64,000 bases of DNA from Eledone cirrhosa (Eukaryota), in assembly GCA_964016885.1 (NCBI GenBank), contig OZ024743.1, positions 207,762,001 through 207,826,000 on the forward strand, given 5' to 3'. The position numbers and the translations under genes are program-made. Positions within the stretch are counted from its first letter, which is position 1, and every line of letters starts with the position of its first letter. Below are positions 1 through 11,982 of the stretch, piece after piece. The notes beneath the pieces were generated by a model. It saw nothing but the letters and a program-made list of their open reading frames with translations, did no database searches and was not told the origin of the DNA.

Positions 1-197
1 TCTCAAAACATTTAAGATTTATTAATCATATTTGGTTTTAAACAACAATGTGAATACCTGGTTTAGTTAAGAAGCCTTGAAATATAGTTGTCCTAATGCA
101 AATGACTATAACAATATTCTATCACTATAAATAATAAATGAGAAAATCATGTAAAGTACTTTACCTGATTTTCTCAACTATTATTATGGTGCGGGGA

Positions 198-400
198 GAT
201 AGGCAGTAATCGGTAGAGAGTCAGACAACATGCTTTGTGGCATAGGGTTATGGCCCTTTACAGTCTGAGTTCAAATCCTTCCGAGGTTAGCTTTGCTTTT
301 CATCCTTTCGGGGTATATAAAATAAAGTACCAGTAATGCACTGGGGTCAGTTTAATTGATTTCGCCTCCCTTAAAATTGTTGGCCTTGTGCCTGAATCAG
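198..400 (+). mobile_element. tRNA-derived SINE, family A
   Basis: A-box-like GGCAGTAATCGGTAGAG, B-box GAGTTCAAATCC, conserved body TTTCATCCTTTCGGGG...AAATAAAGTACCAGTA and end GGCCTTGTGCC; >12 homologous copies in the window. Confidence 0.9.
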
Positions 401-3400
401 AAAGGGTTAATGTCATAGACAATGTCTTTCATTAGTAATATGGTAATGAAAGGGTTAATGACATAGACATTGTCTTTCATTAGTAATATGGTAATGAAAG
501 GGTTAATGACATAGACAGTGTCTTTCATTAGAAGTATGGTAATGAAAGGGTTAATGTCATAGGTAGTGTCTTTCATTAGTAATATGGTAAAGAAAGGGTT
601 AATGTCATAGACAATGTCTTTCATTAGTAATATGGTAATGAAAGGGTTAATGACATAGGCAGTGTCTTTCATTAGTAATATGGTAATGAAAGGGTTAATG
701 ACATAGACAGTGTCTTTCATTAGTAATATGGTAATGAAAGGGTTAATGACATAGACAGTGTCTTTCATTAGTAATATGGTAATGAAAGGGTTAATGTCAT
801 AGACAATGTCTTTCATTAGTTATATGGTAATGAAAGGGTTAATGACATAGACAGTGTCTTTCATTAGTAATATGGTAATGAAAGGATTAATGTCATAGAC
901 AGTGTCTTTCATTAGTAATATGGTAATGAAAGGATTAATGTCATAGGTAGTGTCTTTCATTAGTAATATGGTAATGAAAGGGTTAATGTCATAGGCAGTG
1001 TCTTTCATTAGTAATATGGTAATGAAAGGGTTAATGACATAGTCAGTGTCTTTCATTAGTAATATGGTAAAGAAAGGGTTAATGACATAGACAGTGTCTT
1101 TCATTAGTAATATGGTAATGAAAGGGTTAATGTCATAGGTAGTGTCTTTCATTAGTAATATGGTAATGAAAGGGTTAATGACATAGACAGTGTCTTTCAT
1201 TAGTAATATGGTAATGAAAGGGTTAATGACATAGACAGTGTCTTTCATTAGTAATATGGTAATGAAAGGGTTCATGTCATAGGTAGTGTCTTTCATTAGT
1301 AATATGGTAATGAAAGGATTAATGACATAGACAGTGTCTTTCATTAGTAATATGGTAATGAAAGGGTTAATGACATAGACAGTGTCTTTCATTAGTAATA
1401 TGGTAATGAAAGGGTTAATGACATAGACAGTGTCTTTCATTAGTAATATGGTAAAGAAAGAGTTAATGACATAGACAGTGTCTTTCATTAGTAATATGGT
1501 AATGAAAGGGTTAATGACATAGACAGTGTCTTTCATTAGTAATATGGTAAAGAAAGAGTTAATGACATAGACAGTGTCTTTCATTAGTAATATGGTAATG
1601 AAAGGGTTAATGACATAGACAGTGTCTTTCATTAGTAATATGGTAATGAAAGGGTTAATGACATAGATAGTGTCTTTCATTAGTAATATGGTAATGAAAG
1701 GGTTAATGACATAGACAGTGTCTTTCATTAGTAATATGGTAATGAAAGGGTTAATGACATAGACAGTGTCTTTCATTAGTAATATGGTAATGAAAGGGTT
1801 AATGACATAGACAGTGTCTTTCATTAGTAATATGGTAATGAAAGGGTTAATGACATAGACAGTGTCTTTCATTAGTAATATGGTAATGAAAGGGTTAATG
1901 ACATAGACAGTGTCTTTCATTAGTAATATGGTAATGAAAGGGTTAATGACATAGACAGTGTCTTTCATTAGTAATATGGTAATGAAAGGATTAATGACAT
2001 ACACAGTGTCTTTCATTAGTAATATGGTAATGAAAGGGTTAATGACATAGACAATGTCTTTCATTAGTAATATGGTAATGAAAGGGTTAATGTCATAGGT
2101 AGTGTCTTTCATTAGTAATATGGTAATGAAAGGGTTAATGTCATAGACAGTGTCTTACATTAGTAATATGGTAATGAAAGGGTTAATGACATAGACAGTG
2201 TCTTTCATTAGTAATATGGTAATGAAAGGGTTAATGGCATAGACAGTGTCTTTCATTAGTAATATGGTAATGAAAGGGTTAATGTCATAGACAGTGTCTT
2301 ACATTAGTAATATGGTAATGAAATGGTTAATGACATAGACAGTGTCTTTCATTAGTAATATGGTAATGAAAGGGTTAATGACATAGACAGTGTCTTTCAT
2401 TAGTAATATGGTAATGAAAGGGTTAATGACATAGACAGTGTCTTTCATTAGTAATATAGTAATGAAAGGGTTAATGACATAGACAGTGTCTTTCATTAGT
2501 AATATGGTAAAGAAAGGATTAATGACATTGGAAGTGTCTTTCATTAGTAATATGGTAATGAAAGGGTTAATGACATTGGAAGTGTCTTTCATTAGTAATA
2601 TGGTAATGAAAGGGTTAATGACATAGACAGTGTCTTTCATTAGTAATATGGTAATGAAAGGGTTAATGACATAGACAGTGTCTTTCATTAGTAATATGGT
2701 AATGAAAGGGTTAATGACATAGACAATGTCTTTCATTAGTAATATGGTAAAGAAAGGGTTAATGACATAGACAGTGTCTTTCATTAGTAATATGGTAAAG
2801 AAAGGGTTAATGACATAGACAGTGTCTTTCATTAGTAATATGGTAATGAAAGGGTTAATGACATAGACAGTGTCTTTCATTAGTAATATGGTAATGAAAG
2901 GGTTAATGACATAGACAATGTCTTTCATTAGTAATATGGTAAAGAAAGGGTTAATGACATTGAAAGTGTCTTTCATTAGTAATATGGTAATGAAAGGGTT
3001 AATGACATAGACAGTGTCTTTCAGTAGAAATATGGTAATGAAAGGATTAATGTCATAGACAGTGTCTTTCATTAGTAATATGGTAATGAAAGGGTTAATG
3101 ACATAGACAGTGTCTTTCAGTAGAAATATGGTAATGAAAGGATTAATGACATAGACAGTGTCTTTCAGTAGAAATATGGTAATGAAAGGGTTAATGACAT
3201 AGACAATGTCTTTCATTAGTAATATGGTAATGAAAGGGTTAATGACATTGGAAGTGTCTTTCATTAGTAATATGGTAATGAAAGGATTAATGTCATAGAC
3301 AGTGTCTTTCAGTAGAAATATGGTAATGAAAGGATTAATGTCATAAACAGTGTCTTTCAGTAGAAATATGGTAATGAAAGGGTTAATGACATAGACAATG

Positions 3401-3622
3401 TCTTTCATTAGTAATATGGTAATGAAAGGGTTAATGACATAGACAGTGTCTTTCATTAGATATATGGTAATGAAAGGGTTAATGACATAGACAGTGTCTT
3501 TCATTAGTAATATGGTAAAGAAAGGGTTAATGACATAGACAGTGTCTTTCATTAGTAATATGGTAAAGAAAGGATTAATGACATTGGAAGTGTCTTTCAT
3601 TAGAAGTATGGTTACGAAAGGG
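398..3622. repeat. 48-bp minisatellite, ~67 units, consensus GTCTTTCATTAGTAATATGGTAATGAAAGGGTTAATGACATAGACAGT
   Basis: Directly visible tandem array; the 16-aa periodicity (MKDTVYVINPFITILL) of the minus-strand ORFs confirms the 48-bp period. Confidence 0.97.
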
Positions 3623-3812
3623 TTGGTGGATTGGCAGTATCGGTAGAGGGTCGGACGCCATGCTTTCAAGCATAGTTACGTCCCTTTACGATCTGAGTTC
3701 AAATCCCGCCGAGGTTGACTTTGCCTTTCATCCTTACGGGGTCGATAGAATAAAGTACCAGTAATTCACTGGGAAATTTATGGCCTTGTGCCTAAGTAGA
3801 AACAAGTATTTA
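3622..3812 (+). mobile_element. tRNA-derived SINE, family A
   Basis: GGTGGATTGGCAGTATCGGTAGAG head, GAGTTCAAATCCCGCCGAGG B-box, AAAGTACCAG body, ATT-type tail. Confidence 0.92.
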
Positions 3813-4229
3813 TTGTGAAGTGATATATAATGCTGGAGTATATTTTTAGCAGACCAATATTTATTATCCAAAAGTTAAACTACATTTATTGCAATAATAC
3901 TTTGGGAAATATATTCATGACATACATTCTACTTTACCCCCTTTTATCTCCCTTTATCTTACACTCTCCACTCTCTACCTCACCCTTGTCACTCTATGAC
4001 TTACGGCCTCATTAAAAGATCGTTATTCATAAATAAAAGGGGAAAAGTGAAAAACTGGTAGTTCATGTCTTCAGTGGTTCTTTTATTCCAGAGTTGTTCA
4101 GGAAATTGTATTTAACACTTGAATGTTTTCAATATCTACAAAACCCAATACACACACACATATATATATATATATCCTTTTGTGGTTGACGACAGAGAAA
4201 GGAGTATTCAATACCGTAGTAGAGTTTTA

Positions 4230-4339
4230 ATATTCATTTTGTTAAAGCTGAATAGTGAGTCTTGTCTGATGACCCTGTGATAAACAGTTAAAACTCCAGA
4301 GTAACAAGACTCACTATTTAGCCTTAATAAAATGAATAT
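4230..4339 (+). ncRNA. Degenerate type I hammerhead ribozyme closed by a ~36-bp stem I
   Basis: Arms 4230-4265 and 4304-4339 are inverted repeats with 3 differences; they enclose CTGATGA (4266-4272), stem II CTGT-gataa-ACAG, a mutated GAAA (TAAA/AAAA), stem III ACTC-ca-GAGT and cleavage triplet GTA (4301-4303). Confidence 0.7.
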
Positions 4340-4485
4340 AATATATAATATGGAGGGTCAAGCAAAAATGCCACTTTTTTATTGATCAACTTATTGAATG
4401 AAAATAAAATACAGTTTTTAAATTATTTTTGTTGAATAATAAATTAAAATTGCCACACTCTATATATAATATAATATAATATATA

Positions 4486-4516
<31 letters not shown>

Positions 4517-4605
4517 GAGCAAGACATGGTCACCTCACCTCACCTGCCTCTAATGGGACAACCTGTCTAACCCATGCTAGCTTGGAAAATGGATGTTAGA
4601 CGTTG

Positions 4606-4608
<3 letters not shown>
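4517..4608 (+). mobile_element. RTE LINE 3'-end fragment
   Basis: ACAACCTGTCTAACCCATGCTAGC matches the RTE 3' ends at ~14760 and ~22030; flanked on both sides by (TA)n. Confidence 0.75.
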
Positions 4609-4649
<41 letters not shown>

Positions 4650-5268
4650 AATGGATTGTCTTCTAAGGTCCTCCGTCCTGGTTAAGGTACAAATTGAATT
4701 TCGGACACATTCTGTTTCTCTTTGATATTTTTTCCATTCCTCAGATGATGGAGAAATGCCAACAATATATGCCTATATATCATTGCTTGTATAAAGATAA
4801 TGATTATAGGAATTTTCACCTAACATTATTCGAATAATTTGATGTACAACGTTCTTGAAACATGTGTAAGGAATTAAAAATGATTTAAAAGATGATTTTT
4901 CCATCATGATTATATATATATATATGTATATATATATATGAAAAATAATATTAGAATTTTACTTACATTTATATGTATATGTATGTATATATGTATATGT
5001 TTATATATATAAAAACAAGAAATGTAAGTCAACAGGTTAAAATTAACTTTGTTTATTCATATTTGCTGTTATATATATATTTTGATGATCACCATTATTC
5101 AACAGCTATGATCGCATCAGACAGCTAGAACTCAAACAGAAAAAACCCCAGAAAAACTATGATATATATATATATATGTGTATATAACATTATATATATG
5201 TATATATAGCATTATATATATATATATATGTATATGTGTGTATGTATATATATATATATAACATTATA

Positions 5269-5455
5269 TGTGGATTGGCAGTATCGGTAGAGGATCGGAT
5301 GCCATACTTTGACGCATTGAGTTACGGCCCTTGCCATTCTGAGTTCAAATCCCGCCGAGGTTAACTTTGCCTTCATCCTTACGGGGTCGATAAAATAAAG
5401 TACCAGTAATATACTGGGTAATTGCTGGCCTTGTGCCAAATGTAGAAACAATTAT
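5269..5455 (+). mobile_element. tRNA-derived SINE, family A, inserted in an AT-rich ATAACATTATAT minisatellite
   Basis: Same head, B-box and body as the 3622 copy. Confidence 0.9.
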
Positions 5456-6070
5456 GTATATATATGAGATATAACATTATATATATATGTGTATATATAT
5501 GACATATAACATTATATATGTATATATATGAAATATAATATTATATATATATAACATTATGTATATATATATGTATATATATGACATATAACATTATATA
5601 TATATATAAATTTGTTAGAAATATATCACTTTTTGACATTGTACTAAAAATCTTTATCATTTTTTATTAGTTGATGAAAACCTGGACAAAAAAATATTCA
5701 ATATTTTCATCACTCATGTTTCTTCTTTATTGTAGTAAATATTTGTTTTAATTATACGAATGTCATATATGAAATCTCTTTACTGATCCCCAGGTTATAT
5801 ATATATATTTCTTACAAATTAAACAGTTCTAGTCTTGTAAATGTCATTTCTATAATAAAATATATATATATATTTATATATGTATGTTTATGTTAGTATT
5901 ATATAATTTATTTATGCTTGTATATGGAAGAAAAAGTGCTGTCTTAGGTTTGAAAATCCAGCCATGGCCATCTTCCCAGATTGTGCATAGTGGTGCAGAA
6001 TGGATGGATGAGCAATCAAATTTGTGGCCAAGTCATTGGGCACATGAACAAGTTTGAAGATACCATTAAT

Positions 6071-6102
<32 letters not shown>

Positions 6103-6126
6103 TATAGTGAACTATATGTATACCAT

Positions 6127-6180
<54 letters not shown>

Positions 6181-6360
6181 CACACACACCATCATTTCTC
6201 TCTCTCTCTTTATATATATATATATTGTAAATACAACATCATGTATATATATGTTCTACATATATATACATACGTACTGAATGATTAAACTTCTTTTCAG
6301 AAGTAAATTTCTCTCAGTTTATAAATCTATTAATTCTCCATGTTATTTTCTGTTTCATAG

Positions 6361-6791
6361 CTACCAGTGTGAATGATGAAATGGAGTTTGTCAAGATACG
6401 TTATAAGTCACCAGCTCGAAGCAGTTTCAAAAGCAATTGTCATTATGGCATAAATCATGCAACCAGTTTTGATAGCATTGGCCCAAGTGGCGATGTCTCA
6501 CCTAGTGTGATCAGCTCTGAAAAACCACCTAGTTATGATAACCATATGTATGATTCTACTAATGTTGCTTGCTACAGTACACCAGCTAGTGGTGTTGGTG
6601 TAGTAAGTGGTACCACTGCTGCTAATAACCCTCTCTATGCAACTGTTGATCGACAGAGCTTACGCAACAAGGCTAGTCAACGGTCAAAATCCACAAAAAG
6701 AAACTCTAAAAAGAGGAAAGACTTACCTTGGGTTCACATCAGCCCTTCTTCAAATTATGTAAATCACCAGCTTAATAACTATCAACAATAA
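6361..6791 (+). CDS. Terminal coding exon; Ser-rich cytoplasmic tail of a probable single-pass receptor or adaptor
   Basis: Polypyrimidine acceptor TTATTTTCTGTTTCATAG ends at 6360 (phase 1); non-repetitive ~143-codon open frame to TAA; contains PPSY, NPLY and YATV motifs; AATAAA at ~6925 and ~6998. Confidence 0.8.
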
Positions 6792-7270
6792 TATTAATTC
6801 TTAACATGCTGAACCACATCAACAAGACATTCTTGATACACAAAAAAGTGCTGTGACTGAATCACATTACAAATTGAAGTCTTTACTTTAGTTTATTGCA
6901 AATTTTCTCAAAGATTTGTCCACTAATAAAGATACTATAACCATCTGAATTAACAAACAAGTCTTTAGGCTAAAACTTTGCTGGGTGTTAAGAGTTGAAT
7001 AAAATTGAATTTTAAAAAAGCTTGCAATTCTAGGGATATTTAAAAAAAAAAAAACACAAAGTCAAACCCTAAAAAATCTTGTCTCTGAAAGAAAATTAGA
7101 GGCAGGGAATATGTAACAGAAATTTTTCTTTTTAAAATATGGAAAGAAAAATCTATTATATGTTAAAATACACATTCTTGAACTGGGGGGAGGGGTGCTT
7201 TTTCGCTATTCTTTGCCTTGTGTATTTAATGATATGTGAATAATTGTCCAGTTGACTGATATTATAACTT

Positions 7271-7640
7271 TATCCTCTCAGTACATACATTTGACTTTAG
7301 ACTCCAGATATCACTGGACTTCTGGTAATAAAGCAGTGACTACAACAACACTAACAACATTATCCTCTCAGCACATACATTTGACTTTAGACTCCAGATA
7401 TCACTGGACTTCTGGTAATAAAGCAGTGACTACAACAACACTAACAACATTATCCTCTCAGCACATACATTTGACTTTAGACTCCAGATATCACTGGACT
7501 TCTGGTAATAAAGCAGTGACTACAACAACACTAACAACATTATCCTCTCAGCACATACATTTGATATCCTCTCAGCACATACATTTGACTTTAGACTCCA
7601 GATATCACTGGACTTCTGGTAATACTGGAATAAAGCAGTG
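7271..7640. repeat. 90-bp tandem repeat, ~4 units
   Basis: TATCCTCTCAG starts at 7271, 7361, 7451 and 7541; near-identical units. Confidence 0.95.
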
Positions 7641-7905
7641 ACCACAACAACACTAACACCACAACACTAACACCACAACACCAAGACCATAACACCAACA
7701 CTAAACACCACAACACCAACACCACAAAAATGTCTTCTTTGTCTTAAGGGGCTTGCTTACACATGCTTAATTTCCACATCTTGCAACCAGACGAATACAC
7801 ACACACACAAACACATACACACACACAATATTATGGATTGTCTTGGACACTTGTTGAAATCATGGTATTACAATATATTATTACTATTATTATTATTAAT
7901 ATCAA

Positions 7906-8310
7906 AGGGTGGTGGATTGGCAGTATTGGTAGAGCTTTGGACTATATGCTTTGCAGCATATAGTTACCTTTACAATCTGAGTTCAAATCCCACTGAGGTT
8001 AGCTTTGCCTTTCATCCTTACGGGGTTGATAAAATAAAGTACCAGTAATACACTGGGGTCGATTTAATCAACTTTCGCCTCCCCCAAATTGCTTGTCTTG
8101 TACCTGTAGATTGGCAGTATCGGTAGAGGGTCGGACGCCATGCTTTCCAGCATAGTTACGTCCCTTTACGATCTGAGTTCAAATCCCGCCGAGGTTGACT
8201 TTGCCTTTCATCCTTACGGGGTTGATAAAATAAAGTACCAGTAAAGTACCAGTAATGCACTGGGTAATTGCTGGCCTTGTGCCTAAAGTAGAAACAATTA
8301 TTATTATTAT
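7906..8310 (+). mobile_element. Two head-to-tail family A SINEs (7906-8105, 8108-8310)
   Basis: Two consecutive GATTGGCAGTA heads and B-boxes; (ATT)n before and after. Confidence 0.9.
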
Positions 8311-8449
8311 AGGACAGAATGCCCAACAGTCAAGTTTAAACTGTTTTAATGGCCCAATTTACCATGACAACAGTTAAAACTATTACATCCTATAATAATA
8401 ATAATATTTACATTCTACTTTCCTTAAGTATGGAACACTAAGCTGAAAT

Positions 8450-8655
8450 AATAGTCCTACTAGTATTAACATCTCAGCTACCTATATAGACTTCCATTCC
8501 TACCTTACACACCAACTAACACCACCACTTCTACTGCAGTAGACACTTCAACAATAGTCCTACTAGTGTTAACATCTCAGCTACCTATATAGAGCCTTCC
8601 ATACATCTCTTCCTTGTACACCAACAATATCACTACTACTACAGTAGACACTTCA
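8450..8655. repeat. ~103-bp imperfect direct duplication
   Basis: AATAGTCCTACTAGT(A/G)TTAACATCTCAGCTACCTATATAG occurs at ~8450 and ~8553. Confidence 0.85.
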
Positions 8656-9261
8656 TTAAAGACCTCTATTTCAAAATAGCAAATCTAAATGTCAAACTCT
8701 TCACTCACACTACAACCACCACCACTATCATCAATACCACTACCACCACCACCACCATCATTACCACTGCCACTATGCCACTACAATCATCATTACCACT
8801 GCCACCACCATCATCATCACTACTGCCACCACCACCACCACCACCATCAGTCTCCTCTCCATACTAAACATCAATAAACCTTCTTAACCAGCACACTAAA
8901 ACTACAGGACCAACAAAGCAATCATGCTCTTAACCACACACTGTTCTTTGCCCACATTTCACTCTCACATTTCATGTCTGTTTATAAAATAGAACTTAAT
9001 AGGAGGGAGAGAAGCAGTAAGAATTATGAGGTGGTGTGGGGTAGAATATGTCTCCCCTTCAGTTATGAATTTATTAAATATGATCTATTTGATGTCATCT
9101 AAACACTGCATCTAATCCCTCTTATTCCCAGTTTTTCTCTCAGTTCATGGAACGCTCAACATCAAAACCTACAGAAGTCCATTCCATACAGTAAGGATTC
9201 TCCAAGTATTGAAAATATTTCAGGTTGTCTGTCTGTCTCTCTCTCAACAATCTTCTGACCA

Positions 9262-9440
9262 GAGACATCTGGTGTCTTTGGGCCACCTCTCTACTCACCA
9301 CCATCAGCACGGAGTTGGTTAGCCGCAGATGTGAGCCTCACAAGCTGGAATGGCTCTTCTAACGCATCACCCCAACCATCCTCCGGGGAAACGCCTTCTC
9401 TATTCTGTCTGCTGGGGCCTGCAGGGCAGCCAGCATATGA
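9262..9440 (+). mobile_element. Decayed C-terminus of a CRE-clade (restriction-like endonuclease) non-LTR retrotransposon
   Basis: Manual translation ETSGVFGP /frameshift/ SLLTTISTELVSRRCEPHKLEWLF*RITPTILRGNAFSILSAG resembles the CRE-type ETxGxxGP...LxQRLSxxxQRGNA terminal motif. Confidence 0.65.
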
Positions 9441-9900
9441 GCTCCCATTTGCTTATAATAGTGAGAGAGGGGGGGGGGGAGCAAGAGAGATGGAGGCATT
9501 GACATTAACAGTGATGAATGAGGATCAGATGTCTCTATTTTTCAATACTGAACCCAAATTGTGAGCTCATTCGCCAGAAACGTACTTTGTCACCAATATT
9601 CACACAACAAGGACGTCATCAGCAACAACTTATCTGATTATTAAACACATACATGTACATACATACATACACACATACACAACAAAGACATGCAATACAC
9701 ATACACAACATAGATAGTTAAATTTATACCAGTGTATCAACATGGATATTGGGTTCCTCAGTAGACAAGCGACAAGAAATATAATACTTAAATATAAATC
9801 TACACAGCCTCACACAAGATTTGATACACTTTGTTATCCTGTGATTGATTTTGCATGTGAAACCAGTAACGTATGTTTACTCATATGTACACTATAATAA

Positions 9901-9943
<43 letters not shown>

Positions 9944-10419
9944 TAAATGTGTGTGTACACCATTATATATGTTATATTAATGTAAATATCTTCAGACTGA
10001 AGCCATTCATTTACTACAACTAAATGAATCTGAGTCTTTCATATGTGATCCCGAGTTGCTTTAGCCCTGCTTTGCCCACATATACATACACTCCCTGTCT
10101 ATATCTTGTGATACATTGGCTCCCGCTCAAACCAACTGAAGGGCCTGATAAATATGCCCGTGATGGGCCCTGAGTGACCATCATTTCATGTTATATTTAA
10201 TAATTATATTAAAAAAATGGAACAATCTACAGATGGAATCATTTGTGACCTTAGGTTGTATTGTGAAATTTGGTACTAAATGATCCACTGTGAATATAGA
10301 CTTGACCACTTGACCAGCAGGAGTTCATATTATCAGACAGTGTCCAATGTCCATTGGTTGTTTTAAACCTGAACTTTCGTTAGTGGGTCAATAGTGGTGG
10401 CTAAATCACTGCCCATATT

Positions 10420-10654
10420 CTCCTCTTGCCTTCTCCATAACCAACAAAGGGTTCTTTCTGTTGTCTCCTCCATCATGTGAGCTGCTACTGCTGCCTTCTC
10501 CCTTCTTGTTAATCCAATGGCAGTGAGCCTCCTCCATACCAATTGAGCTGGAAATCTCTTAACAGTTCATCTCAACTGGAAATAGCTATGCCTGCCATCC
10601 TTTCTTCTTGCACTTCTGCACAAGATCTTCGTACTTGACACTCTTCTCTTCATA
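10420..10654 (-). mobile_element. Decayed C-terminus of a HERO-type (RLE) non-LTR retrotransposon
   Basis: Manual translation YEEKSVKYEDLVQKCKKKGWQA*LFPVEMNC /frameshift/ RFPAQLVWRRLTAIGLTRREK...EETTERTLCWLWRR matches the KxxKYxxL...GW...PVEVGCRGF...AERASxWLW pattern. Confidence 0.75.
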
Positions 10655-10771
10655 TTAAAATAAGTTATGAAATCATATTTAAACTATGGGACTAAATGGG
10701 AAATATGGTTTGGGAGTCAATGTTTAAAAGTCCTACATCACTACATTTCTTAACATTTGCACAGTGGTCTG

Positions 10772-10803
<32 letters not shown>

Positions 10804-11296
10804 TCTCCTTGCAGCAGTTGTTTTTGACTGTAATATTCCAGCTTATCATCATCTGAAGGGAGCTTATATATATCTCCCCCTATGATGGCATTTTCAGTTG
10901 CTTTTCTTGGATTATCTTACACACACACATACATACACACACACATCTCCATTCCAACACACAGACGTACATACACACACACACAGACATACATACATAC
11001 TCACACACCTCCATTCCACACACAAACATCCAAAAGTTATTAAATCACTTTTTATTTCATTTTTATTACCAAAATATAAATGATAAAAGACTTGGAAATT
11101 AAAAAATTAATAAATATATTGAAAATTGTTAACTGAAAATAAATTGTTTTTCACACACACACCACACATATCTAATATATATATATATATATACACATGC
11201 ATCATATATATAATAATATATCTCTCTATATACATGTATCTCTCTCCATATATATGTGTGTGTGCATGTATATGTGTGTGTGTGTGTGTATGTGTG

Positions 11297-11330
<34 letters not shown>

Positions 11331-11982
11331 AACCTATGCTGACAAAATACTTATTAAAAATGTATAATTAAAAAGAAATATTACTAAAACTGTTCAAATT
11401 ATTAAATCAATCTGTTAAAAGATTGCCAAATTATAAAAAAAACAGCCTTGATTTGATTTTATTCTAATTTATTTCATTTTTATTTTTATATTTTGTGTTT
11501 TGATATGTTGTATTTCTATTTGTAGGCAATAAATGTATTTCTATTGCAGCCAGGTCAACTCTTAATGACCTGGAATTGGAAGAACCCTTCAGTTTGTGTT
11601 AAACACATGACAACCTCTCCTCTGCACTCAGTAGAATGTGAGACCATATGTAAGCACAATAACAGACCCCCCCCCCCCAGCCTGTCTGAGAGGTCAGTAG
11701 CCCCACTTAAGTACTGACTTGGTCTATGTAGTCCCATCCAACCCTTGCTAGCAGGGAAAGTAGACGTTAAATGATTTACATTACTCTATATATACTATTG
11801 TATTTCACAGTAAACACTTTATTTCACATAATTATCTCACATAATATCGAATATACAAGATTTTGATATTATTTATTTTGAAAACAATACCTTAACAACA
11901 GTATGAGTGACCGGTTACAGCCGATTTGAACAGAAAGAGGTGAGAGAATTCTGGCTGGATACAGCTGGTTTAAATGCTAAAG

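Noticed and set aside
398-3622. CRISPR array (palindromic repeats)
   Set aside because: Units are contiguous with no unique spacers, there are no cas genes, and the context is eukaryotic; the same applies to the 53-bp and 33-bp arrays
3622-3712. tRNA genes
   Set aside because: A/B boxes continue into a shared non-tRNA body and tail in many diverged copies; these are SINE heads
5912-6280. ORFs 5912-6187 and 5981-6280 as genes
   Set aside because: They run through (TC)/(CA)/(TA) microsatellites, with no convincing splice pair or recognisable motif
7252-7641. 129-aa repetitive ORF
   Set aside because: By-product of the 90-bp tandem repeat downstream of the stop codon
8689-8877. Pro/His-rich ORF
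   Set aside because: (CAC/CAT)n trinucleotide tract
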